Part shown: one piece after another, positions 44,939 to 57,312 of the stretch
Position numbering within the stretch: position 1 is the stretch's first letter
Layout: each line of letters opens with the position of its first letter
Assembly: GCA_010093605.1 (NCBI GenBank)
Contig: MU004188.1
Span: 995,673 to 1,059,672, forward strand
Direction of reading: 5' to 3'
DNA: 64,000 nt
Source of the DNA: Lophium mytilinum
Lineage: Eukaryota
Notes under the pieces: model-generated
What the model saw: the letters and a program-made list of their open reading frames with translations, nothing else
Told to the model about the DNA's origin: nothing
Database searches by the model: none
Made by a program: the position numbers and the translations under genes

Positions 44939-46399
44939 ATGGCCTCAGCAGCAGAAGCTCCCCCCAACGGGTCCTCGAACACCTCCCCGAACATCTTTCA
45001 GGAGGCTGTCAGCATCGAAGTCGGTCCGGATGCTGTGAAGTTCATTGTGCATCCTCAGTTGCTCCTTGCCACCGCCGGCTTGTTCCAGAACACCGGAGTT
45101 GCGAGCACCAAAGACCCCGTTTCGCGGAGCTTCAAGTTCAGCAACCGCGATCCTGTCCATTTCGGCATCTTCGTCCAATGGCTCTACAAGAAACACCCAG
45201 CGGCTGCTTCTTTCAGCCACATTCTCGGAGCCTGCTTGTTTGCCGTCAAGCTTGATGCTCCAGCGTTTCGCAACTACTTGCTCGGACTCGTGTACGACGT
45301 GCTAGTTGAGCGACAGATCTTACCTGATGCGACGGAAATCAAGGAGGTCTGGGAAAACCCCGAAGTCCCAGCGGGCGTCAAGAAGCTATTGCTAGATGCA
45401 TGCGTCTGGGGTACGGTACAGCCTGCTAGTGGATGGAGCGAGTTGTTCAAAAAGGTTCCATCGACTTTCGTCATGGACTACGCTGTGGCGCAGGCCTCAA
45501 AGGGAAGCTTGGAAGCTCCATATGCCAACGGCATTGAATCGTACGAAGACGAAGTTCCTGCCAATCGCGAGCATCCGTACCACGATCGTGACGCCAAACC
45601 CAGTTACCCAAACTCTGCCTTCGCCAATGCCATCAAAGTCAATGTCGGTCGAAACGTCAACGAGAATGAGGCCTTTTTCATTCATGCTGCCTTTTTCCGT
45701 GGCCTAGACTCTCAACTCGATGCGTTGATCACCCAAGCAGAGACTCAGCAGGGCGATATGAATCTTCCCCAGACTACGGCAGAAGTCTTCGGGCATTATG
45801 TTGAGTCAGTGTACTTTGGCAGCAATGATGTCTCCAAGTCCTTCGCCTTGCCCCCGCCTGTTGAACCGGTAGCTGAATCGATGGTCGTTGATGATGAAGA
45901 CGCCAACTCTACTGCTCCCATGGATACGCCTGCCACTACAGAGTCTGAAGAGCCCTCCGAACCTGATATAGATTGGCCCACACGTCCGCATTCCCGCTAT
46001 GAGACGCGTCGACCAGTCTTTGCCCAGCCTCCCGCGGTTCCCCAGTATCCCAAACCTGCTCCTGCGTACTCTCGCGGCTACACTGGGTCCAGCGGCGACG
46101 GCCCCGAGCGCTTGCCCTTGCCTCTCGGATGGCACTTCATCGTGTCGAACTTCCGCAAGCGATTGTATGTCGACCAGATCACGGGTGCCTACACGCAATG
46201 GGACCCTCGTGCAGTGGGCAAGCTTCCGGAGGGTTGGACTATCCGACTTGAGATGAATGGTGGAAAAATCTGGTTCGAAAACCCAGCTTCTAAGGATCGG
46301 TCCGACATCCACCCGTCAACTTCGAAGGACTGGACTACGGCTCGTATTCTGACGATGGGAAAGTTCAAGGCAATGATGTTTGGATCGCCTGAGCAGTGA
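44939..46399 (+). CDS. BTB/POZ domain protein (two BTB-like units) with two C-terminal WW-like domains
   Basis: VSIEVGPDAVKFIVH...DPVHFGIFVQWLY, a second unit IKVNVG...AFFIH...MNLPQTTAEVFGHYVESVY, then PLPLGW...LYVDQITGAYTQWDP and KLPEGW...IWFENPASKDRSDIHP. Confidence 0.75.
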   Translation: MASAAEAPPNGSSNTSPNIFQEAVSIEVGPDAVKFIVHPQLLLATAGLFQNTGVASTKDPVSRSFKFSNRDPVHFGIFVQWLYKKHPAAASFSHILGACLFAVKLDAPAFRNYLLGLVYDVLVERQILPDATEIKEVWENPEVPAGVKKLLLDACVWGTVQPASGWSELFKKVPSTFVMDYAVAQASKGSLEAPYANGIESYEDEVPANREHPYHDRDAKPSYPNSAFANAIKVNVGRNVNENEAFFIHAAFFRGLDSQLDALITQAETQQGDMNLPQTTAEVFGHYVESVYFGSNDVSKSFALPPPVEPVAESMVVDDEDANSTAPMDTPATTESEEPSEPDIDWPTRPHSRYETRRPVFAQPPAVPQYPKPAPAYSRGYTGSSGDGPERLPLPLGWHFIVSNFRKRLYVDQITGAYTQWDPRAVGKLPEGWTIRLEMNGGKIWFENPASKDRSDIHPSTSKDWTTARILTMGKFKAMMFGSPEQ

Positions 46400-47776
46400 G
46401 TGTTTGTGTTTGCTCCTATTGTGGTAAGCAGATCACGGCTCTATCAGCTTTTCACGGTCACTTTTCCTCATGGCTCTATTTCCTCTACCAAAGACTGACT
46501 TTCACTGACTGTCTACAACTGGTTTTGCTTTTCAATACGGGGTTTTTTCTTTTGGCAAGAAGTGAATACTTGAATGGGGAACTTTGTTGTGTCGATCAGG
46601 ACACAAAATGTAGGGACCTCAGACGGGATCATTTACGCCTACGGGTTGGCTTTCTGTACTGAGTTCCAATGGAATCTGACTTGCCTATCAAGTCTACTAA
46701 TCAGATTGCTTTACTCAATACCTCTTTTATGCCTGTGAATATTAACCAATTGTCGTTCTCGAAGCTGGTTCTAATCAACATTCGAGACGCACACAAGAGT
46801 TGAAAAGCTACTACACAAAGTGGATGCGGCTCGTTCCCCGAAGTTCAGGAACATGAATCAGACTCGCTTTCGCAATCTCGGTATGGGGAACTGGACTCGC
46901 CTTCAACAATTCAAGGTGTAGGCGTGACCTTTATACACGCTAGAGGGGCAGATGCCAGTCACCTAGCACTCTGACTCGTGCCCTGTATTACCAGCCCTCA
47001 GGCTACGCTGTCCCGGTTCGCAATTCATCGAAGTCAACAACGTCACGTGATTAATCACGAAGCTTTGGAGAGACATCGATGTAAAAGATTTCATTTTTTA
47101 GTATGCTTCAAGAAATAACCGAAGTGCTATTACATATACTCGCACTTTTAAGCTTGTATCCAACAAGGTGAGTCACTCGTCAATATTCGGAAGATAGCCT
47201 CCAGCGACACCATCGGAGCTTCGCTGCCTCCGACCTCTAGCTCTCCAACAACCCCCCTGTCATCACGCTTGACCCTCCACCATGCCTACTAGCACGGAGA
47301 CCATCGGCGCGCCGTAGCAACCGAACAGCCTGCTGCATGAAAGACTCATAGGCTCCATGCCAGATGAGGCCAGCGTAGAAACAAGCTTTGCTCAGGGTGT
47401 GCTTGCATAGCTCAAGCTTCGGGTCGGCGACTTAGGGATCGCTCACTATCAACCCGGAAATACGCTGCGCCTTAAGCCCCCGTTTCGAAGTAGAGCACGC
47501 CAGATCAACGGCGTCACTCACGGCCCATGTCCAGAGATACACATAAGTTCGGTGCTTCGGGGGTATCGTGAGCTGAGCCGCACTCTTCAAAGGGCGCGAA
47601 GAGGGAAGTATAAAGCTTACAGTATCCTCCCTTCTCTAGTCATCATCAACTCAGCTCCCAAGCATCTCTGCATCCATCCTCAACCCACCAATTCCAATCT
47701 TTCAACCCCTCAATCCTCCAGCTTCCCGCCCATCCAATCCCCAACCAACCCCGATCCCACCACTTCAAAGAAAAAG

Positions 47777-48455
47777 ATGGCCTACCAAACCTCCTTCCTC
47801 GCCGCCACCAAAGCCCGCCGCTCCATCTACACCCTCACCCCCACCTCCCCGATCTCAGCCGCGCGCATCGAAAACCTCATCGGCCACGCGATCCAGTACG
47901 CGCCCTCCCCCTTCAACGTGCGCAGCACGCGCGTCGTGATCCTCTTCGGCGCCGCGCACACGAAATTCTGGGACTTCGGGCTCGCAATGGTGCAGGCGAA
48001 CACGCCGCAAGCGCTGGGCCTGCTGGGGCCCAAGATCAAGGGCTATAGCGAGGGCTACGGGACGTGTCTGTTCTTCGATGATGCGAGCGCGGTGGAGGAG
48101 TTGAGTCCGAGGTTTGCGGCGCTGAGTAAGCAGTATCCCGAGTGGGCGGAGCATTCGATGGGGATGCATCAGTTTATTGGTATGTTTTATCCCGTTTCAT
48201 GCCTTTGTGGAGTTGATTGAGTGGTGCTAATGAGGATTCACAGCTTGGACTGCGCTGGAGGCTGAGGGCTTGGGGTGTAGCTTGCAGCATTATAACCCTG
48301 GCGTTAATGCTGATGTTGCGAAGGAGTGGAGTATCCCGGAGACGTGGCAATTGAAGGGCCAGCTGGTGTTTGGTGGGATCAAGGAGGATGCGCCGCCGCT
48401 GGAGGACAAGCCGAAGAGGCCGCTGGAGGAGTGTGTGAAGGTGTTTGGTGCTTAA
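47777..48455 (+). CDS. Nitroreductase family protein (Frm2/Hbn1-like); intron 48180-48243
   Basis: ARRSIYTL, APSPFN, GYGTCLFF, WAEHSMGMHQ and spliced WTALEAEGLGCSLQHYNP...LKGQLVFG. Confidence 0.92.
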
Positions 48456-49382
48456 GCGGACTCCTCAGATTAGACTAGATATAGCCTTTAGATAGAAAGA
48501 ATCTCGTTTCGATTTGTTAAACTTTTCAGGGCGAGACTGGTTCGCGGTGAGCTCTAATGATGTCGATACCATTGGGCTTTGTTCGATCTGCGATCTGGTC
48601 ATTTTGGTCCGAAGCCAAATCATACTCATCTCAGCTACTATACTCATCCTTCTAGCTTCTAGTCATCATCAGAATAATTAGCATCGCCGTCGTTAGAACG
48701 TTCTTCTGCTCCATCCTCACAACTGCTAGCCTCCGACCCCAAACGCCCCACAATCCCCAATGGCGTCACCGCATAGCTATGGTAGCGCGTTTGGTTGCTA
48801 TTATGTGGAAAGTAAGATCTATGTCGATAGCTAGAGAGCGAGCGGCCAGTCCCAAGGGGCAGGGGTTCAGCGCAAATCCACAAGGGAAAGAAGAGCTTTA
48901 AACAGGAATAAAAGATGAACAAGTAATGGATGCACGGCGAAAGCGATCATCACGATAGTTTTAGGCTAACCTAAAGTTAAATCATACAGCTGATATTTGG
49001 CATTAACAAGCCCTACGCTAGACTCTCTGTCCACAAGGACAGCCTGTTGACTTGCAAGCCTAATAATCCCCCCATCGGGCGCCCTGACAATGCAATGCGC
49101 ACATGAATGCCTGGGTATCAAATAGGAGAAGCGAAATAGAGAAGGCCCACGAAGACGAGAACCCCTCTGAAAGCAAATGACGGTGAGAAGAAAAGCGCAC
49201 AGTAAGGTGAAACCTTGACCTTTATCGTGTGCACCGAGTGAACCGTAGGCAGACCATATATTCCGAACGCCTCATAAGATAACAATGTCGATGACAGACG
49301 CGTACAATGGCATGTACTATTCATCGCGAGATCCTGGGTCGCCTGTGATCCAAGAGTACAGGTTAGAACATGGCAGGACTAG

Positions 49383-51386
49383 TCAGTCGATCAACCCCGC
49401 CAGACCGCGAGGTAAGGTGCCTGTAGGTGAGATGGTGATCCTCATGTCCTTGATGGTGGTAGTATGTTCAGGTGTGGAAGCCGATACGACCGGGATGAGG
49501 CTCTTCATTTCCGGAGACCGGGTTGGGGTCGGGGGATTATGCAGAGGTGAGGCGTTGTTCCTGGCTGCTAGTGGGGAAATCGGAGCCATTGGAATCGCAA
49601 TTTCAACAGCCGTCAACTTCTTCGGGCTGACGTTGATTGTCTCTTCCTGCTGCAAGCTCATGTTCACTTTCAGGGTCTGCTTGGCGGTCGTCTTCGAGGT
49701 GGTGGATTTCGATATTCCAAAGGCGCCGGTAATCTTGTTCGTCCTCGGTTTCGGCCCAGTCTTCTTGGTCGGCTTCGTAGCCTTCGTCGTCGTTTTGGTT
49801 GGGATTGAAGTCTTCGGTTTCGCGACGCGCTTCTTCGGCGCTGCTTTGACTACTGGCTTCAAATCCGCCGCTGCGGACGCGCTCATCAAGGCTGCCGCTT
49901 TGCTGGTTGGAATAATCTTCCTCTTCTTGGTGGGTGTCGACGAACCCAGGCTGGAAGGAGGAGGTTCGATCGAAGTTCTTGGAGCCATTCGGGGACTAGC
50001 AACAGGTGTTACCAACTGCCCTTGTACTTGTTCGAAAGCCTTGGACTTCATGGGCGAAACCACAACGACTTCTGCAGTGTTCTCCTTGGCTTTGCGTAGT
50101 TCTTCATCGGTCACTACCTTGAATTCCGACTCGGATTGGTCATCCCATTTAGGCATGCCAGCATACCGGGCAACTTCATCGCAAGGCCCTCTCACGATCA
50201 AATCCCAGCAGTTCTCTAGATCTTTACCGATGGGCTCCGGGTCGTTGTTGATCCATACCGTCATTCCGTCTCTTCGGTCCCGGACTACTCCACACATCTC
50301 TCTCGTAATTCGACGCACGCCAGGAACCTTCAGCGTTGTCCCAGCAACAATGATAGCGTCTGGCCGTGTTCTCAGATCCATGCGCGTAACGGATCCAATC
50401 GCCTCGTCGTCGGGATTGTGCTCGTTGTACAGTACCATACGAGGGCGGAGTCTGCCAATGCCATGGCTGCGCTTATTGACAGCGGCCCGCACCTCGTCGT
50501 TTGTTCTACATTCGGCACATGAAGGAGGAATGGGGCCATCGAAGAGACCAGCTTCGAAATCGGAGAGCTTGTGACACTTTGAACAGACCATCTTGTCGAG
50601 GCCACCGTGGAGCTGCACCGTCTTGGGCCATGGCGCCTTCTTTGGCAGGGGCACCTCTGTTTTTAGCGGCTCAAGGGAAGTATCGATGCCATCAACGTTC
50701 TGGGAATACAACCGGAGAAGTCGTCCCTCGTGCGCCAATGTCGCAAGTAGATGGTGGAAGGCGGTCGGCTGAGCCTGCTTTGTCGTCTGGGAGAGTTCGC
50801 GTACCATGTCGTGGAATGAGGTCGTGGACTGATCATCCTGGTAGACCGAGGCGTCGAACAAATCCTTGCCGGACGATCGCAAATTCTGGCTTTTCCGGAG
50901 CGACTTAAACAGGCCGGTGGAAGATCGGAAATCGGGGACTGATAGAAGGGTTAGTCGTGGTTGTGGGTGGTGGGTGAGCGAATACGTACTGCCGGCGGAT
51001 ACAGAGATTCCTGCGCCCGCAATCACAACAATCTTGCGCTTCTTGTGCAACACCTTCAGCAGGCGCTCGAGCTGCGGTTTCTCTGCCTCGCTGACTTCTC
51101 CATATCGCAAGTCGAGGCGCTCGGTCGTGCGAGGCTTGGGTTCCGAGATCTTCCTCCGCTTAGCTGGTGGAGGCCCGTCATCGTCGCCAGAAGGAGCGGC
51201 TGCGGTCATGGGGTCAGGAGCTGGCGACGCCTCTGCGGAAGACTGCTGTGATGCCGAGGGCGAGGGATAGGATCGTGCGGAATAACAGAACTCTGTCGGT
51301 GGTGCAGGCGAGAGAGAACGGATTGAGCTGAGGGGAGAGCTCGCGCCGTCAGAGGCGAAGTCGTCGAAGTGGAAGGAGGTGTCCAT
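49383..51386 (-). CDS. HST4: NAD-dependent sirtuin deacetylase, Hst3/Hst4 class; in-frame intron 50939-50989
   Basis: GAGISVSAG|IPDFRS, LRLYSQNVDG, QLHGG, CSKC...CAEC, LRPRMVLYNE and GTTLKVPG. Confidence 0.88.
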   Translation of the reverse strand: MDTSFHFDDFASDGASSPLSSIRSLSPAPPTEFCYSARSYPSPSASQQSSAEASPAPDPMTAAAPSGDDDGPPPAKRRKISEPKPRTTERLDLRYGEVSEAEKPQLERLLKVLHKKRKIVVIAGAGISVSAGSTYSLTHHPQPRLTLLSVPDFRSSTGLFKSLRKSQNLRSSGKDLFDASVYQDDQSTTSFHDMVRELSQTTKQAQPTAFHHLLATLAHEGRLLRLYSQNVDGIDTSLEPLKTEVPLPKKAPWPKTVQLHGGLDKMVCSKCHKLSDFEAGLFDGPIPPSCAECRTNDEVRAAVNKRSHGIGRLRPRMVLYNEHNPDDEAIGSVTRMDLRTRPDAIIVAGTTLKVPGVRRITREMCGVVRDRRDGMTVWINNDPEPIGKDLENCWDLIVRGPCDEVARYAGMPKWDDQSESEFKVVTDEELRKAKENTAEVVVVSPMKSKAFEQVQGQLVTPVASPRMAPRTSIEPPPSSLGSSTPTKKRKIIPTSKAAALMSASAAADLKPVVKAAPKKRVAKPKTSIPTKTTTKATKPTKKTGPKPRTNKITGAFGISKSTTSKTTAKQTLKVNMSLQQEETINVSPKKLTAVEIAIPMAPISPLAARNNASPLHNPPTPTRSPEMKSLIPVVSASTPEHTTTIKDMRITISPTGTLPRGLAGLID

Positions 51387-52339
51387 GGTGAAAGGAGGGT
51401 GCGGCGGTGGGCCGCGAAAAAGAGGTCGTGGAAGGCGCGGCTAGATCATTGGAGTAGATGCAAGGAGATATGGCAGCAGATGAGGCGCGTGGGAGTCGTG
51501 GTGGAGTGAATGGGGGAGGCTGGGATTGGGACGAGGTGCCGGCGTGGTAGCGGGTGGAGATGATGTTGTGTCTGCCCTGTGGGTGGATCGAGCTTGCCGC
51601 TCCGTGTTTATTCCATTGTTTTGCAGCCGCATCGGGCTACCACGAGAAAGAGCGAGAGGCCAGCGCCCCTGATTCACGGCAGAGTTTATTGCACAGCGGT
51701 CAATTAACAATGCGCTGGTCACCATAGACATTCTTTGTGCTCTCGGGGCGAAGTTGGCAGAACAGGGAGCCATTTCTGCGTTTGTCGCTGTACCATCCAT
51801 GGGCCACTCCATCGCCGTCACAGAACACGACGAATGCTCTAGTATTTGCTTTAATATGCAGATAGAGGTGTCTAGAAACCAAGGCGAACTGCTTATATAG
51901 TCCCCCGTGCAACCTGTGCGTAGCCATATAATGTGGCTGGGTGCATCGCGAACGGGGCACGAAAGATGCGCGAGCTGTTCCCCAGGCCGTGGGGCAAAAG
52001 CCAGAGGGTGGGGCGGAATACCTTGGCACTAAAAACGGCTAGGCCAGATCAGCCTCAGAATAGCTCCACCCAGCTGCTATTCAAGTTGCTATTGTTCTTA
52101 TTGTTCGCCAACCTGTCCACCATGGCCACGTCTACCGAACTCTTCGCTAATATCCTAGCTACTCTCTAACATTTCATTTCCACATTTCAATCTACTTTTA
52201 CTTTTGGTGTTCCTGCACTGTGCTTCACATCTCGAATTCTTCCTCAATACACGCAGCTGCCCTTGTCAATCTCAGCTTTCTTACTCTTGACTTCCGCCCC
52301 GGCTTTTCTTCATCTTCCCCCATCTGCAAATCATCCGGG

Positions 52340-55300
52340 ATGCCCTTGATGATGGATGACCATGACCAGCAATATGTCATGGACGATCTTTTTGGCGACT
52401 CTGAGGCCGTTCATATCCCTTCCCTAGTCCCTCCCATCAAAGGACTTGACCAACGAATCGATGAATTGCAAGAGATTGGATGTTGCCAGTAAGTCTTCTC
52501 TCATTGGCATAGATCCATCAAACTTCATCTTCGTCATGATCTCACCAGCTGACCTCGGCGCAGAAAGATCACATGGTCAAAGACTGGATGCGTCGCTGCA
52601 ATCACCCCCGGTGGCCGTGGCGTTGAACTCAGTGCTTTCCATAGGAGCCCCTCAGACGGCACATGGCAGCTCGGCGAGAAAATAGCTCTAGCTATACCAG
52701 CAGCGTCTGACGAATTCCCCTACATTCATGTCGCCTGGGGCCACCTCGGAACCGACTTGGTTGTGATAGATGCTGCCGGACGGGTGTCCATCTACACGAC
52801 TATTTACGCGCTTGCCCGTATGAAACCCTCAAAAACTCAGTTTGCCAATCATGAAGATGAGATGGGAGCAATAGTCGGCATGCACTGGCTCTCACTCATC
52901 CCCCACCAGCAGAAGGTATAGCCCCACAAGCCAAATGAGGAAATAAGTTTAACAGATTATAGGCACATATTCCATGGTCAGCCGACCGCAATGGAGAAGA
53001 CTGGAGTTTCCAGATATCTAGCGCTACCTTCAACCACGCCCATCACCCAGCGGAGAGCAAGGCAGGTTTCCTGACCGTTGGGAGGAACGGCTCTCTCAAG
53101 CTTCGATTTCAACAGCCAGACAGCAGCTGGCACGAGGCCTCGACCGAGCTAGAACATATCGATTCTGCACGACAGCCGTTCACCCATGCTGCGTTTGCGC
53201 CTGACAATGGTAAGCTCTCTTCGTTAGTGTTCTGTTCTATGCTAATGTCATAGACAATACGCTGCTACTTGTTGCTCACAACGTCATCGGTCATCTCCAT
53301 ACATATCGCGTCCGGATTAACTGGAAGGTGCCACAAGGCCTCAACCCACAGCAGATTTCAAAGTTGCCCCTCAATCCAACCTTGAAAGTCACGAGCCTAC
53401 TGGTGGAAGATCGTTGTTACCCAGAAAGCTCGACTGGAATCGCCGGCGATATGACGACTGGACCTACACAGCAAATCCAGATACCCGGCCAGCTCACCCA
53501 TCTCAGCTTTCTCCCGACCACTCCTGAGCCTGGTTCTGCCGGCTTCCCAACCGTTCTGGCCATCTTTTCCCATTGCCCGAGTCCAATATCTTCCCTCGAC
53601 CAGACACAGCCACCACAGAGCTCCTTCAGCATTGTCGCCCGATGGGAGCTTCATCAACCACAGAGTCATCATCTTCATCCCACCATCGACCAAGTCTCAT
53701 CAAAGCGAAAGACTGTTGGTGGAGTACCGCCTCGGCAAACCTTTCGCCTAAAGAGACTGCCGGACTTTATGACAGGGTCCTTAGTTCTCTCGTCGTTTCC
53801 GATCTTCTTCAACACGACCCTAGCATTCTGCCAAAGCGATGGCACCATCGAGTTCCGGCAGCGATCAACCCTGAATGTTGTCATACCAGACTATAGCACA
53901 AACAGAGTTTCCTCTCTATCTCAAGCTGGATTTGCCTTCTCAAATCTCGACCCGTCCCTCCACATTGCACTATCAGCCAATCACTGCATGGCTGTAGCAA
54001 TGCAAAGTGACGGAGAATATAAACTCAAATCTATGGAATATACTTTCGGTCCCCTTAAATCGATCGAAGACGACCCCAAGAACCACGCCGCCATCGCTGC
54101 CCTGGTCCTTCAACACACAGCCGCCGCGAACCAATACTTCACATCCGACGACATATTCGCACTCGTCGATCCCGATATCACGGACGCCACAAGTCGCGCA
54201 TTCGTATCTCAAGCCTTCCGCGCCCTCTCTGTGAACCTCGACTGCAACCAGGAAGATGCCAATAACGCCCTGAGTCTGATGAACCGCAGCACACAATTCG
54301 TCAAATGCCTCAGCGCGCAAGCCTACTTTGGCTCTTCAAACAGCTCTACTGGCATCCAGCGCAACCTCCCAAGCAAACTCGCCTGGGCCGTCCTAAACAT
54401 CCGCTACACAACCCAAATCATGACCATGATGATGCGCATGCACGGCGCCATCGACAAGAACCCGCCGCGCCCCGACATCGCCGCCTCCCTCCTCGGGCTA
54501 TGCCGCTGGATGATGAACATGATGGTCTGGATGATCGACGAGCTAATGACGCTCGGCCAAACCCTCCGCAGACACCCCAACTACAACAACGGCGCCTACG
54601 ACCGCGCGCTCCTACAATCCCACCTCACCGCCCGCGCCGCGCCGTCCCTCATTCTCCTCCTATCGTCCTTCACGCGCATGATGCTGAAGAACTGGCAACA
54701 GCCCCTGGCGTGGATCTCGCGCTTCGCCGGCGGCCTGGCCCAGAACGCGCCGACGCCCGAGATGCGCGCCACCTACATGCCGCTGCAGGTCGCCTTCGCC
54801 GAGTGCCCCTTCGACTGGCGCTTTTTCGAGACCCTCGTCCGCGAGGCCATCGCGCAGGTCGCGGCGTGCTACAAGCGTGCAGGGCTCTCGGACGCGCAGC
54901 GCGGCGCGGTGGAGAAGGAGCTCATGATGGGCGTGGTGCCCGAGGTGCTGATGCCGGCGGCCCGGCGGCTGGTCGGCGGCGCGCTGTTCGATCAGCACAT
55001 GCTGCTTGATCGCATCGATCCCGCAAGGGTTATGTTTCATGATATTCGCTGGCTGGGGCTGAATCCGAGTAATAGGACAAGGGAGTGGCAGCGCGAGCAT
55101 GTGGTGGATGTTTGCCAGAAGTTTGTGCTGAAGCCGAAGGAGATGCGGTTGCAGGCGAAGGGGGTGGATGGGGCGGAGCAGCAGAGGTGGCGGAGGTGCA
55201 CGAGGTGTGGGGCGCTTATGGAGGATGTCACGCCGAATCATGGGAGGGATAGTGTGGATAGGCCGCCGACGTGGATCGTGAGTATTGCGAAGCATTGTGT

Positions 55301-55355
55301 GTGTCAGGGGGGGTGGATGCTCGTGGGTTGGCCGGAGAATGCAGTTGGGGCATGA
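52340..55355 (+). CDS. MED16: Mediator complex subunit 16 (Sin4); 4 exons
   Basis: MDDLFGD...GCCQ|KITWSKTGCVAAI, DLVVIDAAGRVSI, DGTIEFRQR and a C-terminal RRCTRCG...CVCQGGW Zn-finger-like motif. Confidence 0.88.
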
Positions 55356-55737
55356 GAAGGGGATGATTTGGTTGATTGGGATCTATCGTTTTCTTTGGAT
55401 AGGGGACCGACGGAGTTGTTTTACTTCTATATACCAGTATCTGTTTTCATCTTACGCCCCTCTCCTTTTTGAAATGTGTTGAAGTACCCTGATGAACGAG
55501 TGTGCACAGAGCTTGGCTCAAGCACCTTATATTTGTTTAATCGCTTCAAGCTTGACGTTTGATATTTAGGATGATACAAAGTCGTTTGTATAGTACATTA
55601 ATATTTACAGGCTCTAAAACCTAGAACAGGTACCGCTTCACAGCACACTTCTCCGCTCTTGGATGCGTCCCTACATCGAGCTATCAACCCGATCTCCACC
55701 TCAAATCTCAACATCCTCCGCAAAACCTGTCCCCTCC

Positions 55738-56967
55738 CTACTCCATCCCGTCCATCAACGCCACCTTATCCAATACCATCCCCCTCACCCCCACCCACTC
55801 CCTCAACCCCTCCCACTCCTCCCCCTCCTCCTCCCCCCTCCGCCACGTCTCTTTGAAGCCCCATGCGCCCGCCACCCTATCCACCGCCCCCCTCTCCTCC
55901 TCCCTTAACCACCGCTCCCTCAGCGGCATCCCCATCGCCCACGTCACGCGATCCATCTGATCATTCGCCGTCGTAACCGCAACCACCCCGATCGTCGCCG
56001 TCGCGCCGACATACGTGAACATGCCCGCAAACGCCATCGCCGTTGCGGTTCCCGGGTCCATAGTACTCTGATACTGCGCCAGCTGGCCGGCGAGGGTATA
56101 CACAGCGAGGGGCGCAAGGGCAGCGCCGAGGAACGGGGGCAGCGCGCGGCGAAGTATCTTGGCGCGGCGGAAGGCCGGGGCGCGGTAGGTGGTTTCGATG
56201 ACGTCGAGGGCGAGGGGCAAGGATTTGGAGGCGATGGCGGCGCTGAGGGCGGTTGCGGCGACGGCGGGGGGGATGGCGGCGCTGGCGGCGGAGGGGGATT
56301 GGGGGGTGTAGGTTGGTGGGTTGGTGGAGGGTTTCGGGACGGGTTTGGAGGCGTATAGGGTGAAGGCTTCTGGGAGGGTGGAGGGCCGCGAGAGGACGGA
56401 TTGGGTGGTTGTGTAGGTTTCTAGTATCGCGGGGGTGATGAAGACAGGGGGGTGCGTGAGGAGGGTGTAGGCGAGGTTGGAGAGGCGGTCGATTTGCGCG
56501 GCGTTGGAGGGGGAGGGGGCCGGGTTGAGCGTGAGGATGGCGGAGGCGGGGGTCGAGGTTGATTTGGGTGTATTTGGGGTCGAGGGTTGGGGTTCGACGA
56601 GAAGGTGGGCGGCGGATTCGCAGGCTTTGAGGGCTGCTAGGGTCTCTTCTTCGGATGGGATAGTGGGAGAGTTGAGTATTGCGTTGACCAGTTTCTCGGC
56701 TTCTCGTATCTCGAAGGAAGCCTGGGAGCCATTTCTGGGGGATAGCCGCGCTTGCGACGGCGAATTGGGCGGGGGATGACCTGCTGAGGTAGCCTTCCGC
56801 GCCAATGTCTTTGGAATTGCTGATCGAGGTTGAGGCCGGGCAGCTGGGCGTAATAGAGCTGACGACGACAGGAGGCGGCGCTGCGGGCCAGGCTGCCGCA
56901 ATATGTGGTCGCACAACTGGCAAAGCGACTGCGGCCTGCGGCGTAGTATAAGGATTGGCCGGTCCAT
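55738..56967 (-). CDS. Conserved fungal hypothetical protein, 409 aa, probably mitochondrial membrane
   Basis: Arg/Ser-rich presequence-like N-terminus, two hydrophobic segments and the motif TTANDQMDRVTWAMGMPLRERWLREEER. Confidence 0.75.
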   Translation of the reverse strand: MDRPILILRRRPQSLCQLCDHILRQPGPQRRLLSSSALLRPAARPQPRSAIPKTLARKATSAGHPPPNSPSQARLSPRNGSQASFEIREAEKLVNAILNSPTIPSEEETLAALKACESAAHLLVEPQPSTPNTPKSTSTPASAILTLNPAPSPSNAAQIDRLSNLAYTLLTHPPVFITPAILETYTTTQSVLSRPSTLPEAFTLYASKPVPKPSTNPPTYTPQSPSAASAAIPPAVAATALSAAIASKSLPLALDVIETTYRAPAFRRAKILRRALPPFLGAALAPLAVYTLAGQLAQYQSTMDPGTATAMAFAGMFTYVGATATIGVVAVTTANDQMDRVTWAMGMPLRERWLREEERGAVDRVAGAWGFKETWRRGEEEGEEWEGLREWVGVRGMVLDKVALMDGME

Positions 56968-57312
56968 TGCGAGTGCGGAAATCTTTCGAATTGAATTTCG
57001 TAGCTCTCTGCAACACTAGGCAGCTCATGAAGTTGATATTGCCAAGCTCTCGAAGCTGAGTCAGCGGCCGTCACTCGAATCGCGCGTCACTCCCGCTGTC
57101 CGTCCGTAACTTCTGCTGCCCAACAGCTAGCCTGTACATATACGCCCACTTCGATTCGCCAACACACGCCAACAGACCTATTCACTGTACCCGTGCAGCT
57201 GCGAGCAGCCATTCCCGAATGTCACACACATGAGCCTCCCTGCCGCCCACTAAACCAGACATACGGCCACCTCTCTCGAAGCTCCCGAAGCTGATATCGC
57301 ACTACCTTCAAC

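Noticed and set aside
49285..50574. 429-aa hydrophobic + strand ORF
   Set aside because: Antisense shadow of the sirtuin gene. Its composition mirrors the Lys/Thr/Pro-rich tail and it has no independent motifs.
54305..57028. Long alternative-frame or antisense ORFs (234, 211 and 355 aa)
   Set aside because: Products of high GC content and codon bias within MED16 and the 409-aa gene. The translations are Arg/Pro-rich and low in information.
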